A stretch of 64,000 bases of DNA from Amoebidium appalachense. Lineage: Eukaryota > Protista > Ichthyosporea. A program made the position numbers and the translations under genes. Positions 27,547 to 42,050 of the stretch are shown here, in pieces (position 1 is the first letter of the stretch; the number at the start of each line of letters is the position of its first letter). A model generated the notes under the pieces. That model did no database searches and was not told where the DNA came from. It saw nothing but the letters and a program-made list of their open reading frames with translations. The stretch spans positions 10,522,488 through 10,586,487 of the forward strand of contig CAVNZM010000003.1 of NCBI GenBank assembly GCA_963693365.1, given 5' to 3'.

Positions 27547-27602
27547 AAAAAACACACACACAAGGCGCGCTCACACACACACAATACCCTCCCCCCCCTC
27601 CC

Positions 27603-29753
27603 TGTTATAATACGTAGTATTTACATATTGTAAGATCTTCTCAGTTCGTGTTATGTTTTCATTCATTTACTTAATGAAAAAGATGTGCTCCTTGTACGTA
27701 AATTATGACATCGATCTCCAGTGTATTTGAGTACTTGTAATCGTGTTGTGTCGGCTATATTCGTGTGTTTAGATATCGATTACAGCAACTGATTATAGGT
27801 ACACGAGTCTACCCAGTGAGGGAGACACGTGTACATGTTATGTGTACATGAATATCTTCGGTTATAACTGTGTTTTGCTGTTCGTGTTTTCTGTCCTGCT
27901 TTCTTTTCTTTTTCCTCTTTCTTCGTCTTTTCTTTTCTCTTTCTTTCTTCTCTTGTTTCCTTTCATTTAATTATATTTCTCTCTCACTAATATACGTTGA
28001 GTAGATTTATATTACTCGTTATGTTTTGATTGGTAGAAAAACACTTAGGTTACACTTTAGCTTGTCAGGTATGATTCATAGCTTAGTCAACCACTTTTGT
28101 TTTGTGTGTTGCCGTACTATATCCAATCAGTGGACTTAGTCAGAAAATGTCTGAGTCTTTGTAGCCGATGATAGGTTAGAAACACCACCTCTTTCCTCGT
28201 TACTCTTCACCTCTTTTCTTTCTTATAGCTGTGACCTATGGTGTGTGTTCCCGCGTCTCCGGATCTATCCGGGAAATAATCAGTTAATTATGATTGGTTA
28301 TTTTAGACATAGATCTGATTTCCGACTGGTCGGAAATCATGTATGGATTTAACTTAAGGGAATTTCAGGTATTTATTAGCGATCAAAATAAATTGAGTTC
28401 AGTCGTGTCTAAACATTGATGTCTGTTGTGTACACTGCTCCGATCGTTCCGTGTTTTGTTGTTGTGTGTGTCTGTGGTGTTTTCACACTGCACCACTGTG
28501 TCTCTACTTTCATCCCAAAATACAAATACAATTAACAGGTTATGGGCCCAGATGCACGCTCCCTACACACACCTAGACCTAGCGATCGTTAAATTCCTGG
28601 TACACATCATAGCTGTGGTCAGCTCCTCATGCATCTTGGTGCTGAGGCTGTGTACATCCATCCCCGGCGTCCGTCCGTAACCGGTCCCACGTGACTCCTC
28701 TTGACAAGATCTGACTCATCTTGACAAGAGCTTTTGTCACGCCTTGACACCCGTGACATCCTCGCAAGTTCAAATTCCAGCTTGCACTCCTTCCAGCTCC
28801 GTCCTGGTTTCGTTCCGTCCACCAAACCGTCCTCCACCCTTGGTTCTGCAATCGCGCTCCAAGTTCCTTGACACTTCACCGACGTGGTCTCAACCGCGCC
28901 GCCCTGTCTACCCAGGCCTGAGGATCCTGCATCGAAATCCCATTCCATCCGATTTCGAACCCCGTCAACCCGCATTCGAATATAATTTCACACCCCGTCT
29001 GCGTTCCAATCGACGATAATTTGACACCCCGTCTCGATCCGACTTGACCTTCATCCATCAAGTCCATCTGAAGTATCCAAATTCGGTACTTCTTTCCAGT
29101 CTACCGTGTTCCACCCCGTCCAAGCCCTTTGTGCTTCCCTCCTCCCTAGGAGTCCCGACCCTGAGTCCCTCCAGAACCGTTTACCGTGTCCAACCTGCTT
29201 CCTTCCAGGATTTCCAACCCTGTTTTCGGCCATGTCTCCCCTTACCGTGCCGTCACTGTCAATGGCCCCCTCACATTCCATTGATCTGCCCTGCATTCCG
29301 GCAGCAGTTTCCCCCCATCACGTGGCCAACCTCGTCGAGATGCCAGCTACCACCAGCTCTGCACGGGCAACAGCTACCCCTGCAGCTGTTTCCCCCCCAT
29401 TACCACCCGACCCCGGCCAGCCAGACACGTGCTGCCAGGTCCGGCCGTTCCCATCCACGTTTCTAGCCAGCCTACCGTGCTGCCTGCCCGCGTTTCCGAA
29501 ACCCCTGCCCCCGACCCAGTTAGTACCAGTTAGTGGAATGATTACTACCTACTTTACCACCATCATTATTTCATATGTATTGCCTTTGTGGGTATGCCCA
29601 CTTAGGGTTTATATATAAGGTTTGACCTGTACCATGACTCTACTCTATCTTTCACTGGTTTAAAACCCCGTTAATCAAACACCGCCTATACACGTTATAT
29701 ATATTCGTTGTTTTTGCCCCGGTTCCTTCCCCCCCCCCTCCCCCCCCCCCCCT

Positions 29754-29798
<45 letters not shown>

Positions 29799-30841
29799 GA
29801 AAAGTCCAAACTTTAATTTTTTTTTTCCGTTTCTGTTCTCAAGTGGGGAGATTTCACTAGTTCAGTGGGGATATGATAACACAAACTTCAAAGTCTTAAG
29901 TGGGGATGTTATAATACGTAGTATTTACATATTGTAAGATCTTCTCAGTTCGTGTAATGTTTTCATTCATTTACTTAATGAAAAAGATGTGCTCCTTGTA
30001 CGTAAATTATGACATCGATCTCCAGTGTATTTGAGTACTTGTAATCGTGTTGTGTCGGCTATATTCGTGTGTTTAGATATCGATTACAGCAACTGATTAT
30101 AGGTACACGAGTCTACCCAGTGAGGGAGACACGTGTACATGTTATGTGTACATGAATATCTTCGGTTATAACTGTGTTTTGCTGTTCGTGTTTTCTGTCC
30201 TGCTTTCTTTTCTTTTTCCTCTTTCTTCGTCTTTTCTTTTCTCTTTCTTTCTTCTCTTGTTTCCTTTCATTTCATTATATTTCTCTCTCACTAATATACG
30301 TTGAGTAGATTTATATTACTCGTTATGTTTTGATTGGTAGAAAAACACTTAGGTTACACTTTAGCTTGTCAGGTATGATTCATAGCTTAGTCAACCACTT
30401 TTGTTTTGTGTGTTGCCGTACTATATCCAATCAGTGGACTTAGTCAGAAAATGTCTGAGTCTTTGTAGCCGATGATAGGTTAGAAACACCACCTCTTTCC
30501 TCGTTACTCTTCACCTCTTTTCTTTCTTATAGCTGTGACCTATGGTGTGTGTTCCCGCGTCTCCGGATCTATCCGGGAAATAATCAGTTAATTATGATTG
30601 GTTATTTTAGACATAGATCTGATTTCCGACTGGTCGGAAATCATGTATGGATTTAACTTAAGGGAATTTCAGGTATTTATTAGCGATCAAAATAAATTGA
30701 GTTCAGTCGTGTCTAAACATTGATGTCTGTTGTGTACACTGCTCCGATCGTTCCGTGTTTTGTTGTTGTGTGTGTCTGTGGTGTTTTCACACTGCACCAC
30801 TGTGTCTCTACTTTCATCCCAGAATACTTATACAATTAACA
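27603..30841 (+). mobile_element. Non-autonomous LTR element related to Copia family 1
   Basis: 935-bp LTRs at 27603-28537 and 29907-30841 (about 5 differences by eye). TSD CTCCC. PBS GGTTATGGGCCCAG. Same 3' UTR and PPT as family 1. The 1.37-kb interior has no gag/pol motifs. Confidence 0.93.
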
Positions 30842-30866
30842 CTCCCCCCCCCCCCCACACACACAA

Positions 30867-30905
<39 letters not shown>

Positions 30906-32037
30906 AAAAACAGACAACATGCGCTCGCACACACACAACACACACACGCGCGCGCGTGCGTGCGTCTACATAAAAACACACGCACACACGCACACACACA
31001 CGTACACACAACATCCCCCCCCCCCTCCCCCTCCCCCCCGCCCCCCGCCCGCCCGCCCGCCGCCACCCCCACGCACATGCGCACCCACACGCACCGTGCG
31101 GCAAAAACAAACACATTTCCTTCTTCCTGCTTCGGCACCAACACACTTCGTCACGTGCGCATACAGGCACACTGTTAATTTGTGCTCTCCACCTGTCGTC
31201 CATACCACGGCCACAAAGCATGCAATGTTGTACAGAAACTTTATGCAGAGTTGCATAAAGGGGCCGGGTACAAATCCTGTCCCTTTCGAAATCCCATCGA
31301 TTTGTACCCGGCCCCTAGTAGAACGGAAGGTTGGAATCCGGTGAAATAAAGCGTGGGTAGGATTCGTTCGAACCCTAAACAAACACGGCGAAAGCTTTTT
31401 TCCTCTTTTCCCTTTCTGCGTTCTTCTCTCTTCATTTTCTTTTTTTAGTCCCCCCTTCGTTTCTGGTGGGTAAGTGCGGAGATTGGAGTGTGAGTGGAGA
31501 AGGAGGAGGAGAAGGTAGGGGGGAGGGGGGGGGGGGGGGGGGATTTTTGTTTTTATTTTTTTTGTGGGGAGGGGGGGGGGGGGGGGGAAGGGGGGGGGGG
31601 GGGAGGGGGTGATGCACGGGGAGAAGGACAACTTCTCGGGTCATTTAAACAGGCCTAGGTGGCAACCACACAGTGGTTTATTCATCTTAATATGTTTATT
31701 TCATACCATGTTTGAGCATTAAAGTGTGACAATGTACAATGGTAGGCAGCCAGAGAAGGTTTGAGAAGACATTCGATCTGTGTTATCATTATCAGTGCAT
31801 TTTCGGTGTGCGCTTAGTTAGTGCACCCTCGTTCAACTTGTTTATCATCATGTGTGCTTTGTTGCGATTTTGGCAAAGTTCGGGGCCCGTAGTGAAAGCA
31901 CAGACACTTGGCAACACTATTCATTCGATGAACAATATATGCGAAAGGTCGTCGTTGCCTCTGCAAGTCAACCCCATGGCTTTAGTAGCCTCGGAATGAG
32001 GTTTGAATTGCTTCACTCTCGTCATATGCCGGAGCAG

Positions 32038-32127
32038 CTAGTTCAGCCCTTCACCGTCAGCTATTCGCTTCTTGGCAGCGCGCACCACCACACGGACAAG
32101 GCGGATGATAAGGCGGACGGGCACCAT
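32038..32127 (-). CDS. Cationic amphipathic micropeptide, copy 2: MVPVRLIIRLVRVVVRAAKKRIADGEGLN
   Basis: Codon-level conservation with 24935-25012. TATATAAAC at about 32216-32224 and AATAAA at 31677-31682 followed by the conserved CACTGTGTGGTTGCCACC. Confidence 0.7.
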   Translation of the reverse strand: MVPVRLIIRLVRVVVRAAKKRIADGEGLN

Positions 32128-32981
32128 TTTTGCGTTTTTGTTTGTTTGTTTCCCTGCTCAAGCTGGACGTCGATAAGGTTCAGCCTTGATCTGAGCCATC
32201 TTCATCGGTCGGCTGGTTTATATATGTTTGACTTCCGATTATATCTCATCTCATTGGTCAACTTTGCTCGATATCGGTTGGCTAAACAGTTTGCTCCCAG
32301 ATCTAGATGACACCAGTCTTACAGTCTTACCGTGACTGTCGATTTAAATTCTTCTCAGGCTATGAGCTTTGAGCTTCATTTACATAGGAATATGATCAAA
32401 TTGAATATTTGTTTTGACCTTACGGTTTATAGCAAATTATACGTAGTGTCTTACGGCCCTAAAGCGTGGCTTTGACGTTTTCGATGTTGCCTGAAGAAAT
32501 CTCTCATGATCCATACCGATGAGGCGGACGACATTCCGGAGATAAAGAGAACCAATCGTAATACAGACGAAAGCAGGGTTGGGCTGGGGTTCGCCAGCTT
32601 TGCCGGAGGCAAGACTTCCCCTCACTCCCGTCGTGGCTCCCCGAGGTGACCGAGACAAAGAGAAGCAGAAATGCAAGTCAGTGAGGAATTTTATTATTGA
32701 ATTTAGCCCTAATAAATAACATCAATATCTGATCAGAAAACCCCCAAAACCCCCGGATAAACCCCCTAAGCCCCAGAACACCGTGTGTGTGTGCACACGT
32801 GTGTGTGTGTGTGTATGTGTGTGTGTTTGTGTGTGTATGATAGGCTATTGAAGGAACAGCACTTCCAGCACACAATGGTCGAAAGAACCCCTTCATCTAT
32901 CCAAACCTACCCTACTTTTTATTTTGTGATTGTGTTTTTTAAATAATGTGTGTTGGGTGTGTGTGTAGAAGCCTGTAGCTG

Positions 32982-33923
32982 CTAATCGTGCGTAATCATG
33001 TGTGGCCTACGGGCCAAGGATTTTGCCTGGGCTGACAGATGAGCGGGCATTGAAATTGCCAGGAGCATGGCCTTGTTCGTGTCAATGTAGTGGTTGAAAG
33101 GCGTCGTGAAAGTACGCCACCGACCATTGATACGAATTTGCTCATAGTCCTCCCCTCTGAGTGCTGCTGTGGAGGCTGCCCCGTGCCGTGTGCTGTACAA
33201 TGAGAAGTCGCTATCCAGGCCCACAGCCGTCAGACTCTGTTGCATACGAGTTGCGACCAGCGATGGTGTGTACCCAGGATGAAACAGAGGGTCGGATGGG
33301 CGGGAGCCATGGGGAAATGCACCCACTGCCATGAGCTTCTGCAGCAAATGCAAGCACACTGGATCACGGATCACCACCATCTGATGATTGTCCGTTTTGG
33401 ACCGTGGAAGAAGCAACACTGCACTGCCCGCTGGAACATTGATTTCAATCAACCGTGGATCATTCGGAGGAATGAAGTCTGCCACCGTGCGCCGCGAGAG
33501 CTCCCCCGGCCGGGTGTAGGTTGCGAATGACATACACAGATAGAGTGCTACGTGCGGCATCTTGTATTCCCACAGAGCCGACACTGCCAAAATCATGTAG
33601 TCGTAGGGGAGTGGTCTGTGGTGATTGGTCGGGTTAGCATGGTCCCACCCCCTTAGGACCCTGGCCGACAGGACCAAGGAGTCCTTGCACTGGGGATAGA
33701 AATGGTGGATGGCTGACAGCACCGTCTTGCAGTGGGCGAGCCCGCTGCGGGTCTCCCCCAACTCTTCGTACATGTCAGCTGCATAGCTCGCAAGCATGTT
33801 AATATCCACCTGCTCTACAGACTGGAAGGTGCTCACCCCATCTTCCACACACCACGCTACGAATTTGTTCAAGGCGTTGTCGTATTTCGCCACTGTGGGA
33901 GCCGTGACATTGAGATTGAGCAT
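32982..33923 (-). CDS. Tyrosine recombinase of the DIRS-order element
   Basis: Catalytic-like motifs RPGE (R), SKTD (K), YSTRHG (HxxR with H>Y), GRW and HY (Y). Confidence 0.88.
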   Translation of the reverse strand: MLNLNVTAPTVAKYDNALNKFVAWCVEDGVSTFQSVEQVDINMLASYAADMYEELGETRSGLAHCKTVLSAIHHFYPQCKDSLVLSARVLRGWDHANPTNHHRPLPYDYMILAVSALWEYKMPHVALYLCMSFATYTRPGELSRRTVADFIPPNDPRLIEINVPAGSAVLLLPRSKTDNHQMVVIRDPVCLHLLQKLMAVGAFPHGSRPSDPLFHPGYTPSLVATRMQQSLTAVGLDSDFSLYSTRHGAASTAALRGEDYEQIRINGRWRTFTTPFNHYIDTNKAMLLAISMPAHLSAQAKSLARRPHMITHD

Positions 33924-36900
33924 ATGCGTGATTTTTGCAGAGGGGACTCGACGTCACGTGACGGCATGTCTGCTGGATTGTGGGCAGAAGGGACCCACAC
34001 CCACGCCGGTCGAAGTGCGGCTGCACACACAAGTGCTGCCACTCGCCGGCACAGATGATTTAGCCGTCGTGAACTCGATCTACCCTTGGCCACCGCAAAC
34101 AATAAAGATGTGTTGTCGATGAGATGAGCTACTCTGGTGCCGTGATTTTGTGGTGCTCGCGTGAAACGTCGTAGTGATAATAGCAGCGCATGCCCCTCGA
34201 GGATGGTGATGTGATCTTCGTGCCGCCACGGAGTAGATATCGGATGGTGCCACTGCAGACCGTCAACTACTTTCAGAAAAGAGTCGTCGGTCGTGGGGTG
34301 GTTCGTGCTGTCGTTACATTCATCGGCCGAAAGGGCGTTAATCACGAGCTCACCGGTGTCGTCCACAGGCCCCAAGAAGGAATAACCGGGTCTGGACACC
34401 GACTGTGCTAATGCCGTCAACGATTGCTCAGCCGTAACGGACGCAATAGAAACACCTGCTCCTTTGGTGGACGCATCTGATGCCAACAGAAGAGAGGCGG
34501 GAGCAGCCGTCAAATCACACACAATGAGAGGTGCCAAATCCACCAACAGGGCCAACTCCCCCTTGACTGCAGAGGGGATTGGGCATGCCGTTAGTGGACA
34601 TTGGCCGGCTGACAACGCAAACTGATAACTCGCCTCTAACACAGAAAATAAAGCTCTATTCAAAAGCAACAACCATGCCCAGCCCCCAAGCAAACGAGAT
34701 AACGCCCGTGGAGCCACCTCCCGCATGAACAGAACCGCCTTTGTGTCGGCTAGTAGCCGCGCCAACCGTGATGCATCCGGTCGAATAACACCGTCCCGTC
34801 CAATAGCCAACCCGAGTGCTACGGTCTCCGGGTGGTCTCGTGACGCCGTGACCGTTTTGGACGGTTTTATTTCGAATCCGTGTGTCTCTCCAGCGCGCCC
34901 GGCTGCCGTCATCTCGGAATTTACAGTAGATTCAAGAAGTTCCTCCAACCCAACCCCCACCCAATCATCCACGTAGATCAAATGTGCCGTATCCGTTGGT
35001 CGGTAATGGAATGTGCCGGTGAAGAATTCATCGGATTGGATGCATCGTTGATACGTAAAGGCGGGTGCGTGATGTGCTGGTGAGAACGTTGGGCGACAAA
35101 CGGTGCCCATTTCCAGCCCATCGGCATAGACAACACCCGCGGATACACCAACCTATCGACACCCGGCAGTCCCACTGCTGAAGACGAAACCGGCGGAAGC
35201 CCTTGGTACCAAGACAGCCAGTCTGGCACCCGAAAACGGTGGTAGAAATTCGAAAAATCGTACTTGGCCACCACCACCGCTGCGTCCTTCGGAACAATGA
35301 TACTACACAAATCTGCCGGACTGGGAAAATTCGGATTGGGCGGGTCTATCATGACTGCATTCATGGGGCGAGCATCCATGATAAGACGGTCTTCCTTCTC
35401 ATCTTTCTCCACCGCAAATAAACCATTGATAATCTTTGGGGGCTCCGAAATTTCTGAAAAAGCAACCATACCACAAACATACATACGCTTAGCCAATATA
35501 GGCCACTCCGCAGGCGACGCAAATGCATGGACAGGACGCCCGGGCAAAGGGTGGGCTCCTTCGGCACCCTCAGTGGTGCTCTCAGTTGCCAACACGCCCC
35601 CAAGCCCGCAAACTCCGTGACCGTTCGGCTGTCCGACCGCGTCACCCGTGCGATTTGACGCCACCACCAACACGTTTGGCTTCTCCATCAACTCCTTGAG
35701 GTCAGGTGGAAGGACCTCCAGGAGCGGAACTGTTGCCCCAAACCCCTCAGGAGGAAGGGCAATACGCTCAGCAACTATGGGGGTGAAGGCTTTTTAGTGA
35801 TTGAAATATGGGAAAGATTCAGACACAGCCGCTAAGGGGACATTGCTGATCCTGCGGCGCATATCCGCGCAAAAAACGAAAATTCGCTGAATGGATTGTG
35901 TCTGTGCCGGTGAGGGTGCATGAGAAAAGTGCGTGGATTTAGGAAAAGGCGTGGGAAAAAAGTGTGTGCTGGTAGGAGGGGAAAATGTTGAAAAGTGTGT
36001 GTGATTCTGGGAAGAGGTGTCGTGCATGTTGTGCCAAACATCGTTCCTAGGAGATTCTACCGAGCCAGGTGGCCCATTATACAACGTGTTGATTACAGCT
36101 ATGGTTCTATTAACCAACTTTAACACAGCAAATCTCTTGTTGAACCTCCCACGTCTTCTTGGAGAGGCCAACCTAACACCATCAAGCAACAGCGGGACTA
36201 CAAAAAGGGGAAGTGGAAGTAAATCATTAGACACATGGGGAAACAAGCCTGGCTCAGCCGCGCCCGTGACGCCCTCACCAGGGGTACTAACATGGGGGGC
36301 TACGGGCTCACCGGTGTACCACATCAGCAAACTTCCCGGAAGTATTGCCAACGTATTTTTTGCTATTGGCGCTATTGGCGATATTGGCAATAGAACCCCT
36401 TGCCGCCAATAGGAACGCCATATTGCAATAATATTGCTTTGGTATTGTCAATGGTAATACAGTACCAATACCCTCTATTGTCGATATCCCGCTGATATGA
36501 ATATATTATCCAGTATATGTTACATCAATATCGCCAATACATTAGAGTGCCATTACATTGCCATTGCATTACTATTGCGCTAGCATTATAGACGTATTGC
36601 CAATATCAATTATACCCGGGCGATATTACAATAACAACCAAATAATATCAAAAATACAGATAATGATATGGATAATACTGTATTTTCGCATTGTAGTTGC
36701 ACTACGAACGCATTATTAATGTATTGCCAATATGTAATTCATAGAAATACAAAGATTTAAATATCAAGAAACATATAAACAATGTATTGCCAACATATGA
36801 TCCAACTATAATCAATATATAAATGCGGTATCGCCGATAGGTTGCTTATATATCGTGAGTATATTGATGACATAAACAGAGGTATGATTAATACACTCCC

Positions 36901-37390
36901 AACACATTACAAATAAGAAATATGTAAGTATGTTCCATATCAAGCATATATTGCCAACATACGAATGATACCACCACCATAAAGATATAAGTGTTGATAA
37001 TGCATTACATATATATTATAAATATCACACTATATTATCCAAATACATTGCCAATAAATTGATAATGGGAACGAATGCATGCAAAGTACAGTATAAGTGC
37101 GCTTATAATATGAAAGGCATATCGGAGTAACGTCTTATATCTAAGAATAATACATATGACGAACATTGCCAATGTATTAATAATAGCTTTATTGATACCT
37201 CAATCACATGCTCAATATATTGGCAATATGCACACGGTACGGTAAGCACAGCCCCATGATCATTATCAATGAATTGCCAATGTATTGCACATGTTGACAT
37301 CCATACGTGTTCCGTATGGTCACTTTATTAACTTCGGTTGGATAGTGGCATCGAGCACACAAGTAAACAACACAACTAATATACCACCCC

Positions 37391-37888
37391 AAGAGCAACA
37401 CAGAAACGAAACACGGAAACAACAGCAGCCATAGGACAAAGAGCCCCAGACCCACAGGGTCTTGCCTCCATACTTTATTTACCTTAACAGGACAAAGAGC
37501 CGGTACCCACCTATGGGTGCTAAACATGCACATGATCATTCATGTGCTATAAGAGCAACACAGAAACGAAACACGGAAACAACAGCAGCCATAGGACAAA
37601 GAGCCCCAGACCCACAGGGTCTTGCTTCCATACTTTATTTACCTTAACAGGACAAAGAGCCGGTACCCACCTATGGGTGCTAAACATGCACATGATCATT
37701 CATGTGCTATAAGAGCAACACAGAAACGAAACACGGAAACAACAGCAGCCATAGGACAAAGAGCCCCAGACCCACAGGGTCTTGCCTCCATACTTTATTT
37801 ACCTTAACAGGACAAAGAGCCGGTACCCACCTATGAAACGAAAAACGGAAACAACAGCAGCCATAGGACAAAGAGCCGGTACCCACCT
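37391..37888 (+). repeat. 160-bp tandem repeat, about 3 copies
   Basis: Unit AAGAGCAACACAGAAACG... starts at 37391, 37551 and 37711, with a partial fourth copy. Confidence 0.92.
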
Positions 37889-38911
37889 CTAGATGATAAC
37901 GTAGCCTTATAGCTGCTGATGACTTCATGGGCCAACCTTGCCAAAACCTGTAAAGGAACTCGAGCTAAGAATTAGCTCATCCTACTTGCGAGAAGTTGGG
38001 GGGAGGGGGGGGGGGGGGGGGGGGGGGGACTGAGGGGGCTGACTGAGAGTGGCAAAAAAAGAGTCGACAGAACCAACCTCAAACATAGTAAGGACGGAAA
38101 CCCGGACCAGAACTTATGAAGTCTAGAGAAGCAGAAAATAGCTTGAACGATCGGTGGAGGGGACGATAGCTATAGTGCTAACAGCAAAGTAGTGCCCACA
38201 GTCGCTGGTTCATGAACGTGAAAGGCAACGTGCATCTGCAGCCAGCAGACACACGCACACGCACGCACGCACGCACACACACATACACACACACACACAC
38301 AGACACAGACACAGACATAATCACAGGACGGACACAGACCAGACAGACAAACGCCATATGCACAAAAGCAGGCAACACAAAACTAACCTTCAAGAAGAAG
38401 CTGCAGCATGCAGCATGGTCCAAAACAATCAGCGCGGTGGCTGCGCGATCTGCGGAGGGGATCTGTGACCAGGCGCTGCGGGAAGGGAACTGCGACCAGG
38501 CGACCTGCGGGAAGGGACTTGCGACCAGGCGACCTGCGGGAAAGGACCTGCGGACCTGCGGGAAGGGGGAAGAGAAATGGAGAAAACAACGTGCGTACAG
38601 GCTTAAATGGAGAAAAAATTGCAAACCGGATTGGGATTTAGCCAATCACTATTCGCCGCGCCTGATTAGGAAAAAGATAAAAATAGATTTCGGCTCGCGC
38701 GCGCGCGTGCATCAGCCTGGGTGCCCTTAGCGCTACCCTTAGTGCCCTTAGTCACAACTATCAGACTATAGTTACGTGTCCTCCACTTCTTTGTTCTTGA
38801 CCATTTTTTCGGCATGAAAGGGTTTCTGTTACTTCTTGCTGTCCTTCTTAGCGTGCTTGCTTGTCTTTTTTTCAACATGGGTGTCACTGGCGCTTTCGAC
38901 TTCTTTGAAAT

Positions 38912-38954
<43 letters not shown>

Positions 38955-39626
38955 GCGCGCGCACGCACACACACTCACACATGCACACTGCACACACACA
39001 CACACACACACACACAGGCGCGCACACACAGGCACGCACACACACAGGCGCACACCTACACAACACACACAGCACATGCACACACAAGCGCACACACGCA
39101 CACACCCTGTTATCCCTGATCATGATGCCCCCTCCCCCCTCCCTCTTCCCCCCCGCGCACCCCCCCCCCCCCCCCCCCCCCCACCCACCCCACCCACCCA
39201 CCTACAAAGACGAATACATTGTACATGTATTGCATACACAAATATACTCGCACATATACATACACACATTCACTTTAATCTTTCAGGCTACATGTGCAAT
39301 ATACATTAATTATGCACAGTCGATAGAATTCGTTGTGAAACCCCCCCCCCCCCCCCCCCCTCCCCCCTCCTCGTTCCCCCCATATGCAATGGGGATAATA
39401 TTGTTTCCCGCTATTAATTAAAAAATCACCGTTCTAACTTCCTAAGACCGAACCACTTGTAACACCGACAGTTTTGGTTGTGTGGAACCCCCCCCCCCCC
39501 CCCCCCCCCCCCCCAACCCACCCACCACCTTACCAATATTGAGGTGTACACTGCCCCCACATCCCCAACTGTGTGCTGAATATCCCGTGCTAGGAAACCA
39601 ATAACGTGAAAGTAACACATGCCGCA

Positions 39627-42050
39627 TGTGGGTAGTTATTGAAAAAACCAATAATGTCTAGGTAACATACTATGTACATATACTATGCTACAAAGGGGGT
39701 TCTATACGAGCTACAACGTTGTGTTTTTTTCGTGTGACCCTCGTACTCCAGGGGCACATTCACCATCCCCCCCATAAACTTTGTGGTAAAGTTCTCGTGC
39801 TAGAAGCTGTTCTGTGGGTAGTTATTGAAAAAACGAATAATGTCTAGGTAACACATGTACATATGCTATGCTACAAGGGGGGTTCTATTCGAGCTACAAT
39901 GTTGTGTTTTTTTTGTGTGACCCTCGTACTCCAGGGGCACATTCACCATCCCCCCCATAAACTTTGTGGCAAATCTCTCGTGCTAGAGGCTGTTCTGTGG
40001 GTAGTTATTGAAAAACCAATAATGTCTAGGTAACGTATGTACATATACTATGCTACAAGGGGGGTTCTATACGAGCTACAACGTTGTGTTTTTTTCGTGT
40101 GACCCTTGTACTCCAGGGGTACATTCACCATCCCCCCCATAAACTTTGTGGTAAATGTCTCGTGCTAGAAGCTGTTCTGTGGGTAGTTATTGAAAAACCA
40201 ATAATGTCTAGGTAACACATGAACATATACTATGCTACAAGGGGGTTCTATTCGAGCTACAATGTTGTGTTTTTTTCGTGTGACCCTCGTACTCCAGGGG
40301 CACATTATCCATCCCCCCCATAAACTTTGTGGTAAATTTCTCGTGCTAGAAGCTGTTCTGTGGGTAGTTATTGAAAAACAAATAATGTCTAGGTAACATA
40401 CTATGTACATATACTATGCTACAAGGGGGGTTCTATACGAGCTACAACGTTGTGTTTTTTTCGTGTGACCCTCGTACTCCAGGGGCACATTCACCATCCC
40501 CCCCATAAACTTTTTGGTAAATCTCTCGTGCTAGAGGCTGTTCTGTGGGTAGTTATTGAAAAACCAATAATGTCTAGGTAACATATGTACATATACTATG
40601 CTACAAGGGGGGTTCTATACGAGCTACAACGTTGTGTTTTTTTCGTGTGACCCTCGTACTCCAGGGGCACATTCACCATCCCCCCCATAAACTGTGTGGT
40701 AAATGTCTCGTGCTAGAAGCTGTTCTGTGGGTAGTTATCGAAAAAACCAATAATGTGTAAGTAACACATGTGCATATATTATGCTACAGGGGGGGTTCTA
40801 TTCGAGCTACAACGTTGTGTTTTTTTTGTGTGACCCTCGTACTCTAGGGGCACATTCACCATCCCCCCCATAAACTGTGTGGTAAATGTCTCGTGCTCGA
40901 AGCTGTTCTGTGGGTAGTTATTGAAAAAACCAATAATGTCTAGGTAACACATGTACATATACTATGCTACAAGGGGGGTTCGATACGAGCTACAACATTG
41001 TGGTTTTTTCGTGTGCCCCTCGTACTCCAGGGGCACATTCACCATCCCCCCCCATAAACGTTTTGGTATATTTCTCGTGCTAGAGGCTGTTCTGTGGGTA
41101 GTTATTGAAAAACCCAAAAATGTCTAGGTAACACATGGACATATACTATGCTACAAAGGGGGTTCTATACGAGCTACAACGTTGTGTTTTTTTCGTGTGA
41201 CCCTCGTACTCCAAGGGCACATTCACCATCCCCCCCATAAACTGTGTGGTAAATGTCTCGTGCTAGAAGCTGTTCTGTGGGTAGTTATCGAAAAAACCAA
41301 TAATGTGTAAGTAACACATGTACATATATTATCAGCTACAAGGGGGGTTCTATTCGAGCTACAACGTTGTGTTTTTTTTGTGTGACCCTCGTACTCCAGG
41401 GGCACATTCACCATCCCCCCCATAAACTGTGTGGTAAATGTCTCGTGCTAGAAGCTGTTCTGTGGGTAGTTATTGAAAAAACCAATAATGTCTAGGTAAC
41501 ACATATACATATATTATGCTACAAGGGGGGTTCTATTCGAGCTACAACGTTGTGTTTTTTTCGTGTGACCCTCGTACTCCAGGGGCACATTCACTATCCC
41601 CCCCATAAACTTTGTGGTAAATTTCTCGTGCGAGAGGCTGTTCTGTGGGTAGTTATTGAAAAAACCAATAATGTGTAAGTAACACATGTACAAATATTAT
41701 GCTACAAGGGGGGTTCTATTCGAGCTACAACGTTGTGTTTTTTTCGTGTGACCCTCGTACTCCAGGGGCACATTCACCATCCCCCCCATAAACTGTGTGG
41801 TAAATGTCTCGTGCTAGAAGCTGTTCTGTGGGTAGTTATTGAAAAAACCAATAATGTGTAAGTAACACATGTACATATACTATGCTACAAGGGGGGTTCT
41901 ATTCGAGCTACAACGTTGTGTTTTTTTCGTGTGGCCCTCGTACTCCAAGGGCACATTCACCATCTCCCCTTATAATTTGTGGTGAATTTATCGTGCTAGA
42001 AGCTACTCTGTGGGTAGTTAGTGAAAAAACCCGATGCTTATAAGTAACGC
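39627..42050 (+). repeat. About 183-bp tandem satellite, about 13 copies
   Basis: Unit TGTGGGTAGTTATTGAAAAAACCAATAATG...GCTAGAAGCTGTTC recurs about every 181-187 bp. Confidence 0.95.

Noticed and set aside
37915-37960. CTGATGA as a hammerhead ribozyme core
   Set aside because: No properly placed GAAA or flanking stems.
39627-42050. Regular array as a CRISPR locus
   Set aside because: Whole 183-bp units repeat with no unique spacers and no cas genes, so it is a satellite.
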